24,202 nt of DNA, taken from positions 1 through 24,202 of the forward strand of contig CAZFOX010000003.1 of the NCBI GenBank assembly GCA_964520565.1. Direction: 5' to 3'. A model generated the notes under the pieces. That model did no database searches and was not told where the DNA came from. It saw nothing but the letters and a program-made list of their open reading frames with translations. Below, piece by piece: positions 1-7,399 of the stretch. The position numbers and the translations under genes are program-made. Source of the DNA: an uncultured bacterium. GTDB lineage: Bacteria > Hinthialibacterota > Hinthialibacteria > Hinthialibacterales > Hinthialibacteraceae. Numbering within the stretch: position 1 is the stretch's first letter; each line of letters opens with the position of its first letter.

Positions 1-1133
1 GCATCGCCATCGATCACAATGGGTAGAAGGACTTCCCGAACCACGCGATCCACCAATTCCTGGGTGTCGGGATGGCGTCCCAGTCCGGGGCCGATGACCA
101 CGGAATTCCAGCGGGATGAATCGTGGAAAATTTCCGAAAAAGATTCTTGGGAAAAGGAACCCGCGTCCGTTTCGCGAACCGGCAAGGTCATCATTTCCCA
201 GACGCCGCCCGCGTATATCGGCAAAAGAGAAGCGGGGCATGCAGCCGTCACCAATCCCGCGCCGGCATAAATGGCAGACTGGGCGCATAACAGCGCCGCA
301 CCCGTCATCCCCCGCGAGCCGGCAATAATCAATACGTGTCCGTTCTGACCTTTATGGGTGGAAAGCGAACGCTTCGGAAGCCATTCGTCCACTTCCCGGG
401 CGGTTAAAAGCCGGGCAGTCGATTCGGGGCGGTCCAAGAGGTCGCGGGGAAAGCCGATATCCAGCACAACCAGATGCCGTCCATGGTTCAATCCCGGAGG
501 GAGAATATGGCCGATTTTGGGTAACCCCATCGTATAAATCCAATCGGCAAAAACGGCTTCGCCCTCTACATTCCCTGTATCGGCATCGACGCCGGAGGGA
601 ATATCCACCGAGACGACGATCGAATCCCGCGAAAGGCGGTTGAGGGAAGAAATGGCGGCTTCGATCAACCCCCGGGGTTTTCCTCGAGCTCCGGTTCCAA
701 GAAGCGCGTCCACCCATACTCGAGTTTGTCTCGCAGTGTGGAAAAAAGAATTCAGGCGTTCCCCGCTTGGGCATTCCCATAAGGGGATGCCTTCCTCTAG
801 CATTCTCATGCAATTCGACCGTGCATCACCCTGCAGTTCGCTAACACTGCCAACCAAAGCCACGATGGGTTTGTAATTCTGCCGGGACAGATGGCGGGCG
901 ACGACGAATCCATCTCCCCCGTTATTGCCTTTGCCGCAGAGGATAGCTGTGTGATGAAGAGAATCCGGTGGGAGGGTGGCGAACAGTCCTTCCGCAACAC
1001 CCTGGCCGGCTCGTTCCATCAGAATAAGACCGGGAATCCCGCGGGTTTTGATCGCGGCGAGGTCGATTTCGGACATCGTACGGCCCGAAACCACGTCGAG
1101 TGGATAGGATGGCAAAGATGTATAACCTCTCAT
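1..1133 (-). CDS. nnr: Bifunctional NAD(P)H-hydrate epimerase/dehydratase (YjeF N- and C-domains), 3' end truncated by the window edge
   Basis: Not in the ORF track because its stop lies outside the window. Manual minus-strand translation from ATG 1133 gives MRGYTSLPSYPLDVVSGRTMSEIDLAAIKTRGIPGLILMERAG...ILCGKGNNGGDGFVV (epimerase motif). In the same frame it continues WLPKRSLSTHKGQNGHVLIIAGSRGMTGAALL...VVIGPGLGRHP...PIVIDGDA (dehydratase motifs). I checked the frame at these motifs but did not read every codon between them. Confidence 0.93.
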   Translation of the reverse strand, partial: MRGYTSLPSYPLDVVSGRTMSEIDLAAIKTRGIPGLILMERAGQGVAEGLFATLPPDSLHHTAILCGKGNNGGDGFVVARHLSRQNYKPIVALVGSVSELQGDARSNCMRMLEEGIPLWECPSGERLNSFFHTARQTRVWVDALLGTGARGKPRGLIEAAISSLNRLSRDSIVVSVDIPSGVDADTGNVEGEAVFADWIYTMGLPKIGHILPPGLNHGRHLVVLDIGFPRDLLDRPESTARLLTAREVDEWLPKRSLSTHKGQNGHVLIIAGSRGMTGAALLCAQSAIYAGAGLVTAACPASLLPIYAGGVWEMMTLPVRETDAGSFSQESFSEIFHDSSRWNSVVIGPGLGRHPDTQELVDRVVREVLLPIVIDGD

Positions 1134-1198
1134 TGGGAACACAATCGCCCCATGCGAGGAAAAAAAAGGAGGTATTCCGCGTCAATAAAGGATTTGCT

Positions 1199-1558
1199 CT
1201 AGGCGGAGTCTTCTTCTTCGGTGTCTTGATAGAAGAAATCGTGCAACCATGCCAGCAGTGCAACGATTATAAAACCCTTCCACATTGTGTCGAAAAAGAA
1301 CGATAACGAAAGTCCTTCTAGAGTCAAATCTGCACTATCGACGCCGAGCCATTTCAGCGCCACCAGTTTCTGCAAGTAACAAAAGGCGATAAAAAACGCA
1401 CAGACAACGCTATAATCCAGCAGTGTAAAACGCTTGCCGGGAATCATTGCGTCCCGCGGAGATAATTCGGACTCCCTCTCATGGGCGTCCGTTGCGAGCG
1501 TATCGACCTGCACCTGATCGGGAAATCCGGTTTTGCGGTTTCTTTTTCCTCGGACCAT
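1199..1558 (-). CDS. Small hypothetical membrane protein (about 119 aa, two hydrophobic helices)
   Basis: ORF-track ORF 1199..1582 begins at a TTG; ATG 1558 (MVRGKRN) has AGGA about 11 nt upstream. Hydrophobic segments YSVVCAFFIAFCYL and MWKGFIIVALLAWLHDFF, acidic tail. No family recognised. Confidence 0.6.
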   Translation of the reverse strand: MVRGKRNRKTGFPDQVQVDTLATDAHERESELSPRDAMIPGKRFTLLDYSVVCAFFIAFCYLQKLVALKWLGVDSADLTLEGLSLSFFFDTMWKGFIIVALLAWLHDFFYQDTEEEDSA

Positions 1559-1904
1559 GAACGATATTCCTATAAAATTCAATACAAAATTCCACTTTAT
1601 TTTAACACGATTCTTATTGGTTTATGAAGGGTTAACAAGCATTCGGCTCCTAGAAATTATCATTCTGGCACAGAATCTCCATGAATTGTAAAAACATACG
1701 AACCGAATCGTTAACGCTATTTCTCTCTATATATCTAACGAAGGATGACTATAAAGAAAACGCTATCAGGAATTATTTTTCTGGCAAAGGCCGCTTTTCC
1801 GTTGAGGAACGTCCTCTTTCGCATTAATCCACCGAGGAAAACAGGCATCATGCCTTTGCGATTGTGCAGGCGAGGCGACCGTTTTATCTTTACGGAAGAG
1901 AACG

Positions 1905-2495
1905 TCAGATAGAGTCCCGGTTATCCAGCATTTCCTTAAACTGTTGCGTGAGAGGGTGTATCGGTTTCTCTTTGTTCAAAACCGCCTCCACCCGTAGCTG
2001 GGTTACTCTTTTTAATCCGGCGAGGGGATCGGCGCAGGCTTCTTGCAGGTATTGAAGACGGTTGGGAAAATACGTTCGTCCTGGCTCTAGGAAGTCGGCG
2101 ATATAAACCAGCCATCCAATAGGAGTTAGCAAAGGATGTCCCGTAGGATGATAGGCCACCGCCATAAGGATATCCCGGTCGCTTATGCCATGATGGCTTT
2201 GGAGCAGCCAGGCCCCTAGAGGAGCGTGGTTAAGTTTTCCGATAGAAAGTAATTCCTCCCCGTATTGGATAGAACCATTGTTGGAAAAATGCCGGCGTTC
2301 CTCTTTAGGAATTTCTTTGCCACAATCGTGAAACAGAGAAGCCCAGGCCAGAGAGAGGCGATCGACCGGATGATTTTTCCAGGAATCGGCTAGTTGAAAG
2401 GCGGTTTGAAGAACGCCGAGGCTGTGTTCGTAGCGCTTGGGTGTTAAAGATTTTTTTAATTCGTGAACGGCGTGAGGGGGTAAGAGATCGATCAC
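1905..2495 (-). CDS. yqeK: HD-domain bis(5'-nucleosyl)-tetraphosphatase (symmetrical Ap4A hydrolase, YqeK family)
   Basis: Motifs KRYEHSLGV, LFHDCGKE, HAPLGA, AVAYHPTG (usually HTTG), YIADFLEPGR and a length of 196 aa match the YqeK family. Confidence 0.88.
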   Translation of the reverse strand: MIDLLPPHAVHELKKSLTPKRYEHSLGVLQTAFQLADSWKNHPVDRLSLAWASLFHDCGKEIPKEERRHFSNNGSIQYGEELLSIGKLNHAPLGAWLLQSHHGISDRDILMAVAYHPTGHPLLTPIGWLVYIADFLEPGRTYFPNRLQYLQEACADPLAGLKRVTQLRVEAVLNKEKPIHPLTQQFKEMLDNRDSI

Positions 2496-4675
2496 GGGAT
2501 TGGCTTTTTTTCCGCCTCCTGGATTTTTTTAATCACGCGCTCCTGAAAGGCAGGCGTGAAGTCATAGGGGTAATCGGGGCCGTTTTCCAACGCTTTTTTC
2601 CAACATTGCAGTGCTGCGCCGGTGTCTCCCAGCTGTTGGCGGGTATCGCCAAGATGATCGAGGATAACGGGATGGTTTTCATCCTGGGCGATAGCTTTTT
2701 CCAGATAGGCGGCGGCTTCCTGAATCCGTCCCATACGAAAATATACCCAGCCCATGCTGTCGAGTATATTGCCGTCATCCGGATTGAGTTTTAAGGCTTT
2801 TTGGATTAAAGAAACGGCTTCCTCCAAACGGATGTTCCGATCCGCATAGGTATAACCCAGGAAGTTATATGCCTGAGAGTCTTCGGGAGAAAGACGGATC
2901 GCTTCGTTCATAAGCGATTCGATATCGGCAAGCCGTTCCATTTTGTCGTATACCATGGCCAATTGGTAAAGAACATCCGAGTAGGAGGGAGAAATCGGTC
3001 CCAGGAGATCTTTGGCGTGTATCAATTGCGTTTCGGCATCCGTCCACCGGGCGGAATCCATATAAACTTGCGCCAGAGTACGGCAGATTTCCGCATTTTC
3101 GGGCTGGGATTTACGGAGGTTCATCAAGGCGTTCATTAAACGATCCTGACGGTTGTACGAGGGGAATGAGCGGCGGACGTCATACCAGGAACGCACGTCC
3201 AACAGAAGCCGGGCCAGGAATTCATCCGACTGAGTATTTTCCAAACGGTTAAGAATTGCGTCGAGACGTTGCTCGATAAGAGGCGTTTCATTTAACAACA
3301 AGGCGACTTTGGTTGCTGCAAAGAGGGGGCGGGACTCTTCGGGGAATTGCGAAAGACTTTTTTCCAATAATTCCTGAGCCCGCGATAAAAATCCCAGGGT
3401 TTTAATTTGTTGGAGTGTGGATTGCCGGGTCAGCTCGACCAGGAAGGGAAGGGTATCTTCCAAACTGGCCAGTTCAATAGATTGTTGAAGTCCATCGAGA
3501 AATCCCTGGTATCCCTCGGTGGATCGCTGCAATTTTTCCAGCGATCGTAGCCGGAGAGAATGGAAGAAGAAATTTCCGGGAACGTTTTGAATCAGCGTGT
3601 CCAGTTCCTTCAGGGCTTCGGGATATTGTTCCCGTTCAAAAGCGATCAAGGCCAACCGGTAGGAGGCCTGGTAATCGTCCGGTGCGAGTTCCTTGATTCG
3701 ATGGTATTGATGAACCGCCTCCAGATACGACTTCCGGGAGTGGTAGAGCGGCCCCAGTGTATTCCGTACCGTCAGTTCGTCCTGGGGATTGCGAATGAAC
3801 TGGAGGGCGTTGAGATAGGCGTCTATGGCTTCGTCGTTTTGTTTAAGTAACTCGTGAAGTTTGCCGATTCTGAAATGGACATCGAATTGGTTGGGAATCT
3901 TCCGCGCAACGTCCTTGTATTCATTCAAGGCCTCTTCATAACGGCCTAATTGAGTAAGGATTAATGCGATGCGGTATTGGTACATAAAGGCTTGGTATAC
4001 ATCGATGCGGGCCATTTGCCGATAGAGTAATATTGCTTCCTCAAAGCGTTGCGTACGGACGTAAAGAGAAACCAGCTCGTTGAGCACATCCATAGAATTC
4101 GGCTGAATTTCAAGGAGTTTTTTATATTGCTCAATGGCTTTTTCGTAATCCTTGGTCTGCCGGTAGGCCAATCCCAAAACTTTGTAAGCCTCGATTTCGT
4201 TCGTGCCTTTTCGGATCGCCTCTTCCGCAATTTTGACGGCCTCTTCTGTTTTTCCACTCTGCAGCAGCGCTCTTCCGGTTATGGCTCCCAAATAAGACGA
4301 ATCGGGCGCGATTTCCAACGCTTTAGCGTAAGCTTTCCCCGCTTCTTCAAAACGATTGCGTTCTTCCAGAATAGCGCCTTCCAGGAAGGTGTTCACCAGC
4401 ATTTCTCTTTCTTCGGCAGAGAGAGGCTCTTTTTCCGGGATGGAAGTCGACAAAGGTTGCGAGGGTTTATCTTTCTCGACAGGAATTGGAGTATCAACCG
4501 CAATCGCGGTTGTGGCAAAAGCTGGCGTTTGTTGGATAGTATTCGTTGCTGTGGCTGAATCGGGAATCGAAGAAGATACCCGTTTTCCGCTTGATTTTGG
4601 CGCAGTGGCGCATCCGGCCAAAAGAAGCGCCGGTATAAAAATCGCTAAAAGGAAGAGCTTGTTTATGGTAAACAT
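2492..4675 (-). CDS. TPR-repeat lipoprotein (C-terminus resembles the PA4667/LbcA type)
   Basis: Lipobox LLAG-C22, a Thr/Pro-rich linker and many 34-aa TPR units. The C-terminus reads AYNFLGYTYADRNIRLEEAVSLIQKALKLNPDDGNILDSMGWVYFRMG...ILDHLGD. Confidence 0.85.
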   Translation of the reverse strand: MFTINKLFLLAIFIPALLLAGCATAPKSSGKRVSSSIPDSATATNTIQQTPAFATTAIAVDTPIPVEKDKPSQPLSTSIPEKEPLSAEEREMLVNTFLEGAILEERNRFEEAGKAYAKALEIAPDSSYLGAITGRALLQSGKTEEAVKIAEEAIRKGTNEIEAYKVLGLAYRQTKDYEKAIEQYKKLLEIQPNSMDVLNELVSLYVRTQRFEEAILLYRQMARIDVYQAFMYQYRIALILTQLGRYEEALNEYKDVARKIPNQFDVHFRIGKLHELLKQNDEAIDAYLNALQFIRNPQDELTVRNTLGPLYHSRKSYLEAVHQYHRIKELAPDDYQASYRLALIAFEREQYPEALKELDTLIQNVPGNFFFHSLRLRSLEKLQRSTEGYQGFLDGLQQSIELASLEDTLPFLVELTRQSTLQQIKTLGFLSRAQELLEKSLSQFPEESRPLFAATKVALLLNETPLIEQRLDAILNRLENTQSDEFLARLLLDVRSWYDVRRSFPSYNRQDRLMNALMNLRKSQPENAEICRTLAQVYMDSARWTDAETQLIHAKDLLGPISPSYSDVLYQLAMVYDKMERLADIESLMNEAIRLSPEDSQAYNFLGYTYADRNIRLEEAVSLIQKALKLNPDDGNILDSMGWVYFRMGRIQEAAAYLEKAIAQDENHPVILDHLGDTRQQLGDTGAALQCWKKALENGPDYPYDFTPAFQERVIKKIQEAEKKPIP

Positions 4676-4748
4676 GTCTTTCGGATCCTAGAAAGAAGTA
4701 TATATGGATCCCTGAAAAGCGATAAGGCTGTTTTTCTCCGGCCCGGGA

Positions 4749-5099
4749 TCAACCGGGAGGCCAATTCATGATACGGCCACCCAACAGGTGGACGTGCAAA
4801 TGGTATACGGTTTGGCCTCCGTTATCTCCCGAATTGATCACTAGTCGGTATCCGTCCTCCGCCAGGCCGAATTTGACCGCCATCGCATTGGCGGCCTGGA
4901 TAAGATTCAGAAGAAGGCCGCTGTTTTCCGGGCCGACGTCGCCGATTTTTTCAATGTGCTGTTTGGGAATAATCAGCAGATGCACGGGCGCCTGGGGATG
5001 CAAATCCTTGAACGCCACAACGCGCTCGTCTTCATATTCCAGAGGCGTGTTGATTTCCCGCCGGGCGATCTTACAAAATATGCAATCGTCAGCAACCAT
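4749..5099 (-). CDS. hinT: Histidine triad (HIT) nucleotide-binding protein
   Basis: DCIFCKI at the N-terminus, DLHPQAPVHLLIIPK, GGQTVYHLHVHLLGGR (HxHxH) and WPPG at the end. Start reassigned to ATG 5099, which has an AGGAG Shine-Dalgarno (SD). Confidence 0.93.
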   Translation of the reverse strand: MVADDCIFCKIARREINTPLEYEDERVVAFKDLHPQAPVHLLIIPKQHIEKIGDVGPENSGLLLNLIQAANAMAVKFGLAEDGYRLVINSGDNGGQTVYHLHVHLLGGRIMNWPPG

Positions 5100-5354
5100 T
5101 TTTTTCCCACTCCTATCCCGAAGCGTTGTCTTTACAGCCGGCGGTTTTTCATGTTGCATACCGCCCAGGCGTCCGTTCTTCAGGATCGACGCGCCCAATC
5201 GCGGGATCATTCATCGAACAAAACGGAGCCCGGCAATAACAGTAACGTTTCTTCGAACGTTCTTAGAATAACTCGGCTCGTTCCGGTGTGGAAGTCATCG
5301 AGAATATAGAATATGCTTTCGTGAGGGATTGCCTTGTTTTATTGGAAGGATCTT

Positions 5355-6173
5355 ATGTATTGGTGGCATCTTCCCAACGAGTTTTTCGTTCTGGTAGCCG
5401 GAATTTTCGGCGCGTCGATCGGGAGCTTTCTTCATGTCTGCATATGGAGGATTCCCCGGGATGAATCGATTGTGTTTCCCTCATCCAGCTGCCCTCAATG
5501 CCGGACCGCCATCGCCTGGTACGATAACATTCCTTTGTTTTCCTGGGCGATCCTGGGAGGACGGTGCCGGCATTGCGGAGAAAAAATTTCCATCCGGTAT
5601 CCCATCTACGAAGGATTAACCGCTCTTTGTTTCATGGGAATCGTTTATCGTTTCGGCGTCTCGCAGGTCACGTTTTTGTATCTCCTGATTGTCTGCGATC
5701 TGATCGTCGCATCGGGGATCGATTGGGATCATCATTATATCCCCGATTTTCTGTCGTTGCCGATGATTCCCGCATCGATCGGAGTCGCCGTGCTGGCGCA
5801 GTGGCTGGGGATTCTTCCCACAGCCCTGGTACAACGCGCCGATCAGGCGCTTTTAGGTATCGCGGTAGGTGGCGGTACGATCTGGGCAATCCGCATTGTG
5901 GGAACCTGGGCTTTCCGGCAGGAAGCGATGGGATTCGGCGATGTGAAACTCATGGGATTTCTGGGCGGTTTTATCGGTTGGGACGAAGCGCTACTCTGTA
6001 TCTTTTTAGCGGCATTTATCGGATCGGTGGCGGGGATGGCGATGAAATATTCCGGACGAGTCGGGAAATACGGTCACATTCCATTCGGCCCCTACCTCGC
6101 CCTGGGCGCTTATTTTTGTCTCTTATTTGGGGAAGAGATCATCCTCTGGTATACAAAACCGTTTTCCCTGTAA
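5355..6173 (+). CDS. pilD: Prepilin peptidase / N-methyltransferase (A24 family)
   Basis: GASIGSFLHVCIWRIP, CPQC...CRHC zinc motifs, ISIRYP, catalytic-Asp contexts IDWDHHYIPD and MGFGDVKL, and IPFGPYLALG. ATG 5355 follows GGAAGGA; TTG 5334 is an alternative start. Confidence 0.92.
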   Translation: MYWWHLPNEFFVLVAGIFGASIGSFLHVCIWRIPRDESIVFPSSSCPQCRTAIAWYDNIPLFSWAILGGRCRHCGEKISIRYPIYEGLTALCFMGIVYRFGVSQVTFLYLLIVCDLIVASGIDWDHHYIPDFLSLPMIPASIGVAVLAQWLGILPTALVQRADQALLGIAVGGGTIWAIRIVGTWAFRQEAMGFGDVKLMGFLGGFIGWDEALLCIFLAAFIGSVAGMAMKYSGRVGKYGHIPFGPYLALGAYFCLLFGEEIILWYTKPFSL

Positions 6174-6292
6174 TCAATCACTCCATTGGCTGGAAAAAAT
6201 GAGGTTAGGAATCAATCTCCGTGTTCTTGACCCTGACGCGCGTTTTTCTTTATAGTGGAAAAAGAAATACATCATATTTCGAGGAGAAGATC

Positions 6293-7087
6293 ATGAGAAA
6301 TCTTTGTCTGATGAGCCTGGCGTTATTCGTTGTCGTAGGCGGGATATCGTCCTTCGCGCAGGAAAAACCCGAACCGATCAAGGTTCTTCTGATTTCCGGA
6401 GACGACGTTGCACCGTTTCACGATTGGCGGGAAATCGCGGATTCCACCAGGAAGATGCTGGAGTCTTGCAAAAAATTCGAAGTGGTTGAATGCGAAGATG
6501 CTTATATTCTCGAATCCAAAACGGCCCTGGAAAAATACGCGGTGATCCTTTTAACCTCTTTCAATGCCAATACACCGACACTGTCCGATCCGGCAAAAGA
6601 AAACCTGTTGAATTTCGTGAAAAGCGGCAAAGGATTTATGGTGAACCATCTTGCCAGCGCCTCCTTCAAGGAATGGGACGAATTCGGGAATTTATGCGGG
6701 CGCAAATGGGTGATGGGGACTTCCGGTCACGGGCCGGGTGGTATGTTTACAGCCAATATCGTCAAAAAAGATCATCCGATTACCGAGGGTCTGAAAGATT
6801 TTCAGATTTTGGATGAACTCTATGCCAAGTTACAGGGCGATTCGGAGATCGAGGTTCTGGTTTCCGCCGAATCGGACTGGAGCAAAAACGTCGAGCCGCT
6901 GCTGTTTGTGAAAAATTACGGCAAGGGACGTGTGGTTCATAATGCCTTCGGGCACGATCATAAGGCTATCGAAAACGATACGAACCGGATCCTTCTCATC
7001 CGCAGCTGCGAATGGGCGGCCACCGGGAAAGTGACAAAGGGCTGTTGCGGCATGTGCGGAATGGCGGAAACCAAGGACGTAAAATAA
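6293..7087 (+). CDS. Secreted ThuA-like domain protein (class I glutamine amidotransferase-like fold)
   Basis: GAGGAG SD before ATG 6293 and a signal peptide (SSFA-Q). Motifs FVKSGKGFMVNHLAS, HPITEGL, DELY, YGKGRVVHNAFGHD and CEWAATG. Confidence 0.85.
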   Translation: MRNLCLMSLALFVVVGGISSFAQEKPEPIKVLLISGDDVAPFHDWREIADSTRKMLESCKKFEVVECEDAYILESKTALEKYAVILLTSFNANTPTLSDPAKENLLNFVKSGKGFMVNHLASASFKEWDEFGNLCGRKWVMGTSGHGPGGMFTANIVKKDHPITEGLKDFQILDELYAKLQGDSEIEVLVSAESDWSKNVEPLLFVKNYGKGRVVHNAFGHDHKAIENDTNRILLIRSCEWAATGKVTKGCCGMCGMAETKDVK

Positions 7088-7095
7088 ACTCTCTG

Positions 7096-7123
7096 AGATT
7101 GCTTCACTTCGTTCGCAATGACA
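7096..7123 (-). repeat. REP-like 28-bp palindromic repeat, copy A
   Basis: AGATTGCTTCACTTCGTTCGCAATGACA is 27/28 identical to copy C (24149-24176) and 25/28 to the reverse complement of copy B (7336-7363). It has an internal ATTGC/GCAAT stem. Confidence 0.85.
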
Positions 7124-7335
7124 GGAATGACGAAACGGCAAAAAAGTCCTCACTGTAAATTTGATCCATAAGACTTCGTGGATCGATCCAAGTGACAGGT
7201 ACAAGATTAGGTGTGAGTTTCGTCTTCAAAACACTTTTTGATGGATTATCAGGAAGTGAAGCGATTGCCTATCCGTTCGAGAAGAAAGCCTTATGGAAGA
7301 AAAAGCCTGATCGCAGAGAAAAGCCCGTTCGCAAA

Positions 7336-7363
7336 TGTCATTGCGAGCGTAGCGAAGCAATCT
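7336..7363 (+). repeat. REP-like 28-bp palindromic repeat, copy B (inverted relative to A)
   Basis: TGTCATTGCGAGCGTAGCGAAGCAATCT. It causes the spurious CHCERSEAI / VIASVAKQS peptides in the ORF track. Confidence 0.85.
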
Positions 7364-7399
7364 GCTTTTCAAGTGAAAAAACATCCCGGGGAGAGTATC

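Noticed and set aside
352-1263. ORF-track ORFs 352..813, 891..1202 and 922..1263
   Set aside because: They are shadow frames of nnr, which occupies 1..1133 on the minus strand.
1745-1912. 55-codon plus-strand ORF (MTIKKTLSG...) in the gap after yqeK
   Set aside because: No motif, opposite to the flanking genes and overlapping the yqeK stop. The length is compatible with chance.
7238-7399. ORF-track N-terminal extension of the GH172 gene
   Set aside because: It runs through repeat copy B. The signal peptide and SD point to ATG 7400.
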